Positions 27,321 through 38,100 of a stretch of DNA of 64,000 nt are shown in pieces. The notes under the pieces were generated by a model. It saw only the letters and a program-made list of their open reading frames with translations. It ran no database searches and was not told the origin of the DNA. Each line of letters starts with the position of its first letter. The first letter of the stretch is position 1. This DNA is from Chiloscyllium plagiosum (lineage: Eukaryota): contig NC_057718.1 in NCBI RefSeq assembly GCF_004010195.1, positions 105,585,024 to 105,649,023 on the forward strand. Reading direction: 5' to 3'. A program made the position numbers and the translations under genes.

Positions 27321-28660
27321 GAGTCCAAGGATCCTTATTCAGAACTGAACAAGGACCACTGCAATTGAAACATTAACTGTGTTAAATCATGGCCCCTTGT
27401 GATTGACTCTTTAACGAAGGGGAACTGTTGCTTTCTCTCCATCCTATCCATGCCCCTCATAATCTTATCCATCTCAGTCAGGTCCCCTCTTCAGTGCTTC
27501 AGCTGTGGTCTAATCAACGTTTTATACAGCTCCAGCATAACTTCCCTGCTTTTATAATTTATGCTATGACTGATAAAGAGAAGTATCGTATGTGCCTTCT
27601 TAACATCATGTTAAACTGCCCTACCATCTTCTGGGGTCTGTGGACAAACACCTGAAGATTCCTCTGAGGTTCCTGGTGCCCTGCCATTCATTGAGTACTG
27701 CACATTGTCTCACATTTATGAAGACTAAATTCCATCTGCCACTGATCGGACAATTTGGCCAATCCATTTCTATCCTCCTGTAACCAAAAACCTTCTTTCT
27801 CACTGTCAAGCGCCCAGTGAATCTTTGTGTCATCCACAAACTTACTTATCCCCTCCCACCCCACCACATTTTCTTCTACAGCATTTGTATCTATCAGGAG
27901 CAAGAAGGGACATAGCACAGATCCCTATCGTATGCCTCTGGACACTAGTCTCCAGTCACACAAACAACTTCCTATCACCACCCTCAATTTTGAGATCCAA
28001 CTTACCAGGTTACCCTGGATCCCACGTGCTTTTATATTTTTTATCTGACTCCCATGTGGGACCTTGTCAAAGACTTTGCTGAAATCCAAAAAAACTACAT
28101 CAACTACACTACCCTCATCTACACACCTGGTTACCTCCCCAAAACATTACATTTGTTAGGCATCACCTCCCTCTGACAAAGCTGACTATCCCTGATCAAT
28201 ATGGGACCATACTTCTCCAAGTGGAGATTAATGAAATCCTTCAGAATTTTCTCCAATAGTTTCTCTAACACTGATGAGACACTCACAGATCTCTAATTCC
28301 TTGGTTTATCCCTACCATCACCATTCTTATAAATTGGAACTACATGAGCTGTCCTCCAGTCCTCTGGCACCTCTCCAAAGCCAGACAGGAATTAAATATT
28401 TGGGTCTGAGCCCTTGTAATTTCCTCCCTGGTCTCCCACAGGAGCCTGGCATACAAATCATTGGGATCTGGGATTAGTCTACTTTTAAATCTCTAATACT
28501 TCCTCACTCGCTATGTCAAACTGCTCAGGGACTTCACAGACCCTTCCCCCAAATTCTGTACCTACATCCTCCTCCCTATAGAGTGAAGAGGGATTTGTTT
28601 AATCCACTACCAAAATCCAGAATGGCAATGTGGGTCAACCCACAGCAGGTGGATTGTAGC

Positions 28661-29441
28661 TAGGTTGAATCCAGAGTTGAGAGGATTGGATTATGAGGAG
28701 AGATTGAGTAGCCTGGGACTATACTCTTGAAATTTAGAAAAATGGAGGGGGATCTTTTGAAATATATAAAATTACGAAGGGAGTAGGTAAGATAGAAGCG
28801 AGAAAGCTGTTCACTGGTGGGTTATGCTAGATCCAGGTAGCAAAGCCTCAAAAGAAGGGGGAACAGATTTAGGACTGACTTGAGGAAGAACTTCTTCATC
28901 AAAAGAATTCCTTGCCCAGTGAAGCAGATGAAATTACCTTGTTGAATGTTTTTAAGGCAAAGGTAGATAGATTTTTGAATAGCAAAGGAATTAAGGGTTA
29001 TGCTGAGCAACGGGTAAGTAGAGCTAAGTGGGTGGCACGGTGGCACAGTGGTTAGCACTGCTGCCTCACAGCGCCAGAGACCCGGGTTCAATTCCCGCCT
29101 CAGGCGACTGACTGTGTGGAGTTTGCACGTTCTCCCCGTGTCTGCGTGGGTTTCCTCCGGGTGCTCCGGTTTCCTCCCACAGTCCAAAGATGTGCAGGGT
29201 CAGGTGAATTGGCCATGCTAAATTGCCCGTAGTGTTAGGTAGGGGGTAAATGTAGGGGTATGTGTGGGTTTCGCTTCGGCGGGTCGGAGTGGACTTGTTG
29301 GGCCGAAGGACCTGTTTCCACACTGTAATGTAATGTAATCTAATCTAAATCAATGAAAAGACAGGCCATGATCTTACTGAATGCGGAGCAAGCTCAACAG
29401 GCCAGATGGCCTACTTCAAACTCCTATTTCTAATGTTCTTA
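28661..29441 (+). mobile_element. CR1 3' fragment, TSD tgtagc, containing a SINE
   Basis: CR1 3' motifs; tgtagc at 28655-28660 and 29442-29447. Confidence 0.7.
29030..29350 (+). mobile_element. Full-length HE1-type V-SINE
   Basis: tRNA A box (tggcacagtgg) and B box (gggttcaattccc), V-domain (gtggagtttgcacgttctccccgtgtctgcgtgggtttcctccgggtgctccggtttcctcccac), CR1-like tail with (tgtaa/tctaa)n. Confidence 0.9.
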
Positions 29442-30999
29442 TGTAGCAATTAAAGAAGGCAGCTCACCACCACCTTCTCAAGGGCATCTAGAGATAGGCA
29501 TTAAATGCTGGCCAGCCAGTGACCCTCACATCATTAATCAAAGGAAAGTCCTCTGGCTTCATGCACAGATTGCCTCCTTTGTCCCTAATGGGCCTTACTA
29601 TTCACTTGGTTATCTTCTTCCCTTTGATATACTTTTAGAATATATTGTGGTTCCCCTTAATCTTACCTACCAGTGTTTTGTTATGCCTCCTTTTTGCTTT
29701 CCTAATTGTTTTCTAAAGTTCCTCCCTACACTTTCTATACTTCACTAGGGCCTCCATTGATTTGCTCCCTTTGTACCTGTCAAAAGCCTCTCTTTTCCTT
29801 CTTATTCAGTCCTGGATATTCCTTGGCATACAGGGTTCTCTGGTCTTGTTGCTCCTACATTTCACCTTAAAGAAAACACGTTGGGCCTGCACTCCCCCAG
29901 TTCATTTTAGTGTGGGGGCCTACTGTTTTGCTGTACATTTATCCAGAAATAGTTGTTCCCAGTCTACTTTAGCTAGATCCTGTCTTATTTTAATAGAAAT
30001 TGCCATTCACCAATCCAAAATTCTTTTTTGCAAACTATTTCCTTTTCTATAACAAACTTAAATCATAGTGTTGTGGCCAGTTTCACTAAAATGCTCTCTC
30101 ACTGCCACCTCAACTTCCTGTCTGCTTCATTCCCCAGAATTAGGTCTAGTACTGTACCATTCCTTGTTGGAATATCTACATGTTGACATAAAAAGGTCTC
30201 CCGAATACAGTTTAGGAAGTCTGCCCCCTCTTAACCCTTTGCACTATGACCATCTGAATAAATGTTGGGGAAGGTAAAATTCCCTAATGTAATTACCCTT
30301 TTGTTTATTCACCCCAGTGAATTATATATTATCTACATTCCTACTCTTGTTTCCTGTTGACTGTTTAGAGGCCTATAATACACTCTCAGCAATGTGACTA
30401 CCTCCTTTTCATTCCTAAGCTCTACCCACAATGTCTCATTTGAAGACCTTCATTTCCCCCCCCCCCCCTTACTGCAGTCACTGATCCCTTAATTAATAAT
30501 GCAATACCATCTCCTCTTTTACACCCTACCCTATCCAGCAGGAGGATCCTACAGCCCGGAATATTGATCTACAGTCCTGCCCCATCCTCAACCACATCTC
30601 TCTGATCGCAACATTGCAATTCCACATTTCAATCCATGTCCTTAATTCATCTGTCTTACCTATAATACTCTTCGCATTAGACACCATCCAGCCTTGCCTT
30701 GCTCCCTTGAAACTCAACAAGCTGAACTCCCTCTACCTTGGTTATTTTCCTAAATTATGTTCTGTTCTTGTGGTACTAAAGGTGTGTTCCCTCACTCTGC
30801 TGAACTAGTTTAAATTCCTCTGAAAGGCACCAGCAAATCCATCTGCAAGGACATTGGTCCCATTCTAGTTCAAGTGCAGACTGTTCTATTCCCCAGAAAT
30901 GATCTTTATGATCCAGGAATCTAAAACTTTCCCTTTTGTACCAAGAATTTGAGCCACACAGTCACCTGCCCTCTTCTTCTATTTCTGTATTCGCGAGCA

Positions 31000-31285
31000 G
31001 GATGGTCACTGTTGTAACACGGGAATCCTGACAAATAGCAATGTAATAATAACCAGATACTCAATCAACATCACAAAACCATGTATCAAATGCTGACGAG
31101 GACACTGGGGAGAATTCTCCTACTCTTCTTTGAAATAGTAATACAGAATCTTTTATATCCATCTGAGGGGCAGACAGGTCCTGGTTTAACAACTTCTGTG
31201 AACTCATTTGAAAGATGTGGCAATAGGTACTGAAGTTCAACTGAATTTGTAACCACCACAATCTCACGCAGTGAATTCCAGATCC
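31000..31285 (-). mobile_element. Degenerate Deu-domain-type SINE relic
   Basis: atcttttatatccatctgaggggcagacagg...ggtttaac resembles the recalled Deu-SINE core. Confidence 0.4.
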
Positions 31286-31289
31286 TAAC

Positions 31290-32030
31290 TACTCATTATG
31301 AGAATATGTTTTTTCTGATGTCATCATTCCTTTAAATGACTTTAAAATGGTATCTTCTTGTTTTCCCAGTCTACTCTGTCCAGACCTTCGCGATTTTAAA
31401 CACTTTCCTCTCAGACTTCTCTGCCTCCAGGAAAACAGTCCTAACATCTCCAATCTAATTTCATCATTGAAATTCCTCATCCTAGAATCATTCTAATGAA
31501 CCTTTGTTGCATCTTCTTCCATACCTTCTTCAATTCTCCCTCCAGCACTAGACACAATTCTCCAGCTTAGGTCGAACTAGTGTCTTATACCTGTTCAATG
31601 TGACCCCTTATGAGGAAAACGCTGGTTGGGTTGGGTCTGTATCCATTGAAGTTTAGAAGAATGAGAGGTAACCTTGATGAAACAAACAAAAATCTGAAAG
31701 GACTTGACAGGGTGGATGCTGAAAGAACGTTTCCTCTTGTGATGAAGACCAGAACTAGGGGATACAGCTTCAAAAAAAGGGTTAAGTTACAGTATAAGAA
31801 TTTCTTTGTACAGAGGGTTAGAAAATTGTAGAGAGCAACATAGGCAAGGCCATTGAATATTTTTAAGACAGAGGTAGACTTATTCCTTTGTTAGTTAAAA
31901 ATCTAAAGTTATTAGGGTAGACATTAAAGTGAAGCTGAAGCCACAATTAGATCACCGATCGCCTGAGTGAATGGGGTAGCAGGCTTGAGGGGCCAAATTA
32001 CCCACTCCTGCTCTTAATCTGTATGTTTGT
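31290..32030. mobile_element. Two old CR1 3' fragments (- 31290-31590, + 31600-32030)
   Basis: 'RLEMLGLFSWRQRSLRG' and 'FRRMRGNLDET...GLDRVDAERTFPL...TRTRGYS'. Confidence 0.65.
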
Positions 32031-32259
32031 GTCCATGCATCTTGCAGATTTGTTTCTCTACGTCTTTTCCACGAGTTGGTGGCCTATATACTACAGTGAG
32101 CAATTTATTTACATCTTTTCTGTTCCAGCAAACTAGATTGTACCCTTATGACATCCTCCTTCTCCTACACTGCAATGTTCCCTTTCATCAATACTGTAAT
32201 CCCTCCCCATTTTCACCCTTTCCTAAACATGTATCAGGAATATGTAACAGTCAATCCTG

Positions 32260-32383
32260 GAAAAGCGCAGCAGGTCAGGCAGCATCAAAGGAACAGGAGA
32301 ATCGACGTTTCGGGCATAAGCCCTTATTCAGGATTTTCCAGCAACACATTTTTAAGCTCTGATCTCCAGCCCTCACTTTTTCC
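32260..32383. mobile_element. Mini-Penelope insert (antisense arm plus sense tail), perfect 15-bp TSD taacagtcaatcctg
   Basis: TSD at 32245-32259 and 32384-32398; hammerhead core mutated (CTGAATA). Confidence 0.88.
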
Positions 32384-32450
32384 TAACAGTCAATCCTGCT
32401 CTGGAGCTGGCTATCTCTAAAAACCTGATCATCCTATTTCCATAATGGAA

Positions 32451-32782
32451 AGGTGGCATGGTGACTCAGTAGTTAGCACTGCTGCCTCACAGCGCTAAGG
32501 ATCCTCGTTCAATTCCACCCTCAGGTGACTGTGTAAAGTTTGTAAATTCTCCGTGTCTGCATGGGTTTCCTTCGGGTGCTTTGGTTTCTTCCCACAGTCC
32601 AAAGATGTACAGGTTAGGTGAATTGGCTATGCTAAATTGCCCACAGTATCCAGTCATGTGTAGGATAAGTGGATTAGTTATAGGAAATGCATGGTTACAG
32701 GGATAGCAGGTCTGAGTGGGATGATCTTCACAGGGAGGTTTAGATCCAATGGGCCTAATGGCCTGCTTCCACAGAGATTCTA
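32451..32782 (+). mobile_element. HE1-type V-SINE, older copy
   Basis: Colinear similarity to the 29030 copy. Confidence 0.8.
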
Positions 32783-33213
32783 TAATAATCTGCTCCTTTA
32801 GTTCACCAATTTTATTTAACACACTCCATACATTCACATACATGCAAAGTAAATGTGTTGTACACTTCATTTTCTACTTTACCCTGGTCCCACCTAATTA
32901 CTTATGACACCCCCAATCTTTCCTAATATACTGTGTATTTTGATATTCCACTCTGATCTAGCATCTTGGTTCTCATAAGACAAGTTCACCCCCCCTTATT
33001 CTGCAGATCTTTCCAAAGTAATATCATTTGTCCTCAATTTATTATTGATCACTGTCCTGATATGTAACTTGCTATAATTATATATAAACACATGAAAAGT
33101 GAGGACTTAAAGCCACAGGAGTTCAACATGGTTTCCCAAATGGATAACTATCTAGTAAACCTATTATCTTCTATAGGAAACCTGGAGTGACGTTTGATAC
33201 TTTCAACTAATGA

Positions 33214-34241
33214 TTTGGAGATGCCAGTGTTGGACTGGGGTGTATAAAGTAAAAAATCACACAACACCAGGTTATAGTCCAACAGGTTTGATTGGAAGCA
33301 CTAGCTTCCGGAGTGCTGCTCCTTCATCAGGTGGCTGTAAAGTACATAGATGTAAGACAGAATTTATAGCAAAAGTTTACAGTGTGATGTAACTGAAATT
33401 ATACATTGAAAATACCTTGATTGTTTGTTAAGTTTCCCATCTGTTAGAATGACCATGTTAGTTTCACTTCTTTCATATATATATATATATATATATCTTT
33501 CATATACACATGGGAGTGTTCCCTCCCAGTTGGAGAATACTTCACTGGTCCAGGCCATTCAACCTCAGACCTCCGGGTGACCATCCTCCAAGGCGGACTT
33601 CGGGACAGGCAGCAGAAAAGTGGCCGAGCAGAGGCTGATAGCCACGTTTGGTACCCAAAGGGAGGGCCTCAACCAGGATCTTGGGTGCATGTCATATGAC
33701 AGGTGACCTCATTGCATTACACACACTCACCCTTTCACAGACTTAGGCCCCTTTACATACACACACACATACACACACATATATGTTTGTGAGGTGAATT
33801 TGTACTTGCAGTTACATTGTACTTTGCTCAAAGTCTGCATGAATTCATGTAAGATTCTGTTCCTTCATTTTTTAGATTAGAATCAGTCAAAAGATTATGG
33901 GACTGACAGCAGTACACAGGGAGCTAACACCTCCAACACATTATACGGGCTGACACCAATTGTTAAAGTTCACCTGAGAATGTAACTTTTTAAAAGGTTT
34001 TGCAATTTAAATATGAAAGAAGTGAAACTAACATGGTCATTCTAACAGATGAGAGACTTAACAAACAATCAAGGTATTTTTCAAAGTATAATTTCAGTTA
34101 CATCACACTGTAAACTTTTGCTATAAATTCTGTGTCTTACAATTGTGTCCTTCACAACCACCTGATGAAGGAGCAGTGCTCCGAAAGCTAGTGCTTCCAA
34201 TTAAACCTGTTGGACTATAATCTGGGGTTGTGATTTTTAAC
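33214..34241 (+). mobile_element. Second Penelope-like family: inverted pLTR, GIY-YIG C-terminus, pLTR
   Basis: Inverted arms ~33245-33478 and ~34010-34243. 'SLPVGEYFTGPGHSTSDLRVTILQGG...AEQRLIATFGT..EGLNQDLG'. TSD ttcaacta(a/t)tga at 33202-33213 and 34242-34253. Confidence 0.82.
34159..34193 (+). ncRNA. Type I minimal hammerhead ribozyme motif (mutated mirror on - strand 33299-33333)
   Basis: cac CTGATGA a ggagc-agt-gctcc GAAA GCTA gtg; AGCU palindrome. Confidence 0.8.
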
Positions 34242-35504
34242 TTCAACTATTGAAATCACATGGATATGGACATGTCCTCTTTGCTTTCTGCTGTTCTATA
34301 TAGTGTAAATATGTCCCTAATTGTCCAGGCAGGCCAAATACTCCTTTGGCTAAATGCTAGGTGTGAAAGAGTGTAGTTTGACTGATATACCCATAAGTTA
34401 TAACAGCATACCACTGAAAAGCCTTTGTAGCTTTAAATGTTTAATGAGATGGTCTGTCTCAAATGAAATAATTCCACATCATATACAGCAGAAAACACAT
34501 CCCAATTTCATTGCAACTGAAAATGTTTTTAATTGGTAAGCAATTTAAAATAGATATGTAACATTGACTGCCAGAAATCACTAGCTGCAGAAAGCCCCTT
34601 TTACTTTGATGTGAGCAGATTTTCATTGTATATTGCTCCTCAGTTTCAATCTTTGTAACCAGCTTAAAAATGTGTTACATAGCAAACACGAATCATTTAC
34701 CTTTTTCAGCTGCATAAATCTGCTATTATCACTTGGACATAGCATCTTCATCACTTGCCTTCCTTGGTGTTTTTGATTAGAAAGCCGATGAAAATACAAG
34801 TCTGCCATTATCTTTTTTCCATCTTTCATGAACAAATGTGAATTCAGAAATGTTAAAAATGCAGTGCTCTATCATGGATTTGCACCTTGGGCAACAACTT
34901 AAATCAAGTCCTTGTTATTGGTTCTTCAACATGCATGGCGCTACTCTCCTTGCTGACCTACCCAAAATGTGCTGAACAGCTACAACTACAGAGCTAATGG
35001 CATATAATTTACAACAATATTCAGAAATCACAAAAATGCTGACAAGCAAAAATGGTGTGGTCCCATTCAGTAAGGTTGCAGAAAAGATGAGAGACCCTGG
35101 TGCACTTTGTTAAATACACACTTGGTCTCAACTTAAAATGATGAAATGGCCATGAATTAGAAAAGTATTTGGTATTCTGGTTGTGTCTGAAGTATGTGGA
35201 TGTCCACCAAGAACATCTTTTGTAAATGGGTTAGCAAAGGAATTTCAATCAACCACAATGGAATCATGAAGGTACAGTGTTGCCACCGTTAGTTCTGCAC
35301 TTTAAAAGGACTGCAGAAAGGAAGAGGCAATCTGCTACTGCCAAACAAAGAGTTAAATGGATCCAACATCTCAAAAGAAGATTGCTCTACTGGATCTTCA
35401 TTTGATCAATGTAAAGATAATCTGTGTATCTTGGAAATAAGATTATTAACTGTCATCTATGAAAGAACATACTTATAAACTGAAAGAAAAATTCAAGGTA
35501 TAGC

Positions 35505-36093
35505 AGTTGGGAGGTCATGTTGCGGCTGTACAGGACATTGGTCAGGCCACTTTTGGAATAGTGTGTGCAATTCTGGCCCCCGCCTATCGGAAAGATGTTG
35601 TGAAACTTGAAAGGGTTCAGAAAAGATTTACAAAGATGTTGCCAGGGTTGGAGGATTTGAGCTATAGGGAGAGGCTGAACAGGCTAGGGCTGTTTCCCTG
35701 GAGCGTCGAAGGCTGAGGGGGTGATCTCATAGAGGTTTATAAAATCAGGAGGGGCATGGATAGGATAAACAGACAAAATCTTTATCCTGGGGTGGGGGAG
35801 TCCAGTACTAGATGGCATAGGTTTAGAGTGAGAGGGGAAAAATATAAAAGGGACCGAAGGGGCAACATTTTCATGCAGAGGGTGGTGCGTGTATGGAATG
35901 AGCTGCCAGAGGGAGTGGTGGAGGCTGGTACAATTACAGAATTTAAAAGGCATCTGGTTGGGTATATGAATAGGAAGGGTTTGAAGGGATATGGGCCAGG
36001 TACTGTCAAATGGGACTAGATTAGGTTGGGATTTCTGGTTGGCATGGACGAGTTGGACCGTTGGGTCTGTTTCCGCATTATACATCTCTATGA
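35505..36093 (+). mobile_element. CR1 LINE 3' end
   Basis: 'YRKDVVKLERVQKRFTKMLPG' and 'FMQRVVRVWNELPEGVVEAGT'; tail ctctatga. Confidence 0.88.
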
Positions 36094-36679
36094 CAGGAAC
36101 AAGGCTAGAAACCATCACATGCAACCATTGTAGATTGCCAGTAGTACTCTTAAGGTCATAGTGACTCTACACTTTAGGGTATTCAAGTCAAGTTATAGAA
36201 GCTAGAGATGACAAAGATAGGATTTGGAGCCCAGCTTATAGATAAAAATGATTTTAACTCAAATCATTATTCTGTAAATTTTTTGAACAGTATTTTATCT
36301 TGAATTTAGCAACAAATTAAGACTGTGTGCACATGTGCTCACATGCATAAGTGTGTGCATCTAGACACAGGTCTGGAGCTGTATTGCTAGCTGACTTATG
36401 TTAATCGTGAAATATGGCATAAGGGCATTAACTTCTCTCATATCAACTTATACTTCTAAGTGTACCTTTAATACAGCAATATTCCCCATGCTAACTTTAA
36501 AATGCTCAGAGGACTACAATAATACTACACACTGGGCCAGAATGTTTCTATATCTGGTACAAAGTCCAGGTAATGACAGACTTTGTGTTATTATTAATAT
36601 ATGTGTTCAACCACTGAGCGGTAATCTCATGGGATGGATTACAAGTTTACATAGAAAATGTCTTAGTTTAACGGTGTAA

Positions 36680-38100
36680 AGACAGCAATCCTTCCCTCAA
36701 TGTCAGAAAATGAAGAAGCTGGTTATCAACTTCAGGAAATAGAGTGGAGGACAGACACCTGTATTAATGGTGCTGAGGTGGAGGTGGATGAGAACTTCAG
36801 GTTCCTCGGAGTAAATATCATCAACAATCTGTCCTCGTCCATCCACATCGACTCTACAGTCAAGAAAGCACATCAATGCTCCCACTTCCTCAGAAGGCTA
36901 AGAAATTCAGCATGTCCACAATGACTCTTACCAATTTTATATCTGCACCACAGAAAGCATCCTATCTGGAAGCATTACAGCTTGGTGTGGCAACTGTTCT
37001 GCCCAAGACTGCAATACATTACAGAGAGTTGTGAATGTAGCCCAGTCATAGAGATATACAGCATGGAAACTAACCCTTCGATCCAACTCATTCATGTCAA
37101 CTAGATATCCTAAATTGATCTAGTCCCATTTGCCAACATATGACCCATATTTCTCTAAACCCTCACTATTCATATACCCATCCAGGTGCCTTTTAAACAT
37201 TGTAATTGTACAGCCCCCACCACTTGCTCTGGCAGCTCCTTCCACTACAAAGAAAAAAGTAAGGTTACACTATAAAAAGTCACTTAGCTGCTCCCCTACT
37301 ATGAGCTCTCTCACGCAGGTTTTTTCCAAGGTCAGCTCTGAATTTCTCTGTTTATTAATTTTTCTTAGATGACTTCAATGTCCAGAACTACTTGAAATCA
37401 AACAGCAGTGCAGGTTTATTTCCCTGTTTGAGTCACTTCTCATGTGATCACTACCTTTGTCTGTCTCCCTTCTTTTTAAAGTGCTGTTGTTTTCATCTTT
37501 TGTTTTCCCCAAAATTCCAAAACAATGCAACAGGTTATAAAACATTAATTACTGCTCCTAATATTTGAGGAAATCAGCTCCAACACTGATAACACCTCAA
37601 AAAAATGCAGCTTTTACAGTCACAATATTTTCCCGGCCTCCATCTTGGATTACCCAGAACTCTTCACAAAAACCAGCCTTCCTTCCATTGACTCCGCCTA
37701 TACTTCCATCGGGAAAGCAGCTGACATAATCAAAAACCCTTCCACCCTGCTTGTATTCTCTTCCATCGGGCAGTAGATGCAAAAGTTTGAAAACACATAC
37801 CAATAGATTTCAGAACAGCTTCTTCCCGCTGTTATCAGACTTATAAATGAGCCTCTCATATCAAAAATGATCTTTTTCTGCACCTCACTTTGCCTGATGT
37901 TAAATATTTCTATGATTTTCTTGAGTTATACTTTCAGTTTATATCCATGCCTATAAACTGAAATATAGCTGTAACACTATATTCTGCATTATGTTCTCTT
38001 ACCTTGATGTATTTATGAGAGAATGATTTGTCTGATTAGCACGCAAAACAATACATTTCACTGCATCTTGAAACATGACAATAATAAATCAAATCAAATT
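36680..38100 (+). mobile_element. Rex1/Babar-like LINE 3' part, interrupted at 37048-37660 and ~37889-37965
   Basis: 'INGAEVEVDENFRFLGVNI...KKAHQCSHFLRRLR'; continues after the insert; tail aataaatcaaatcaaat. Confidence 0.75.
37048..37660 (-). mobile_element. Bipartite non-autonomous element: unknown head plus CR1 3' tail (second copy 60854-61245)
   Basis: CR1 tail 37048-37245; head ~37450-37660 homologous to 61020-61245; one block interrupting the Rex/Babar frame. Confidence 0.65.

Larger units (their letters stand above)
27390..30900 (-). mobile_element. Degenerate CR1 LINE hosting nested insertions at 28600-29535
   Basis: 'KFVDDTKI...WQMEF' and 'SNAKSIIGKTDELRTWIEMWNCNVAIREMWL' (APE N-terminus). 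Confidence 0.75.

Noticed and set aside
29030..29110. tRNA gene
   Set aside because: The A/B boxes belong to a SINE head that continues into a V-domain and LINE-like tail.
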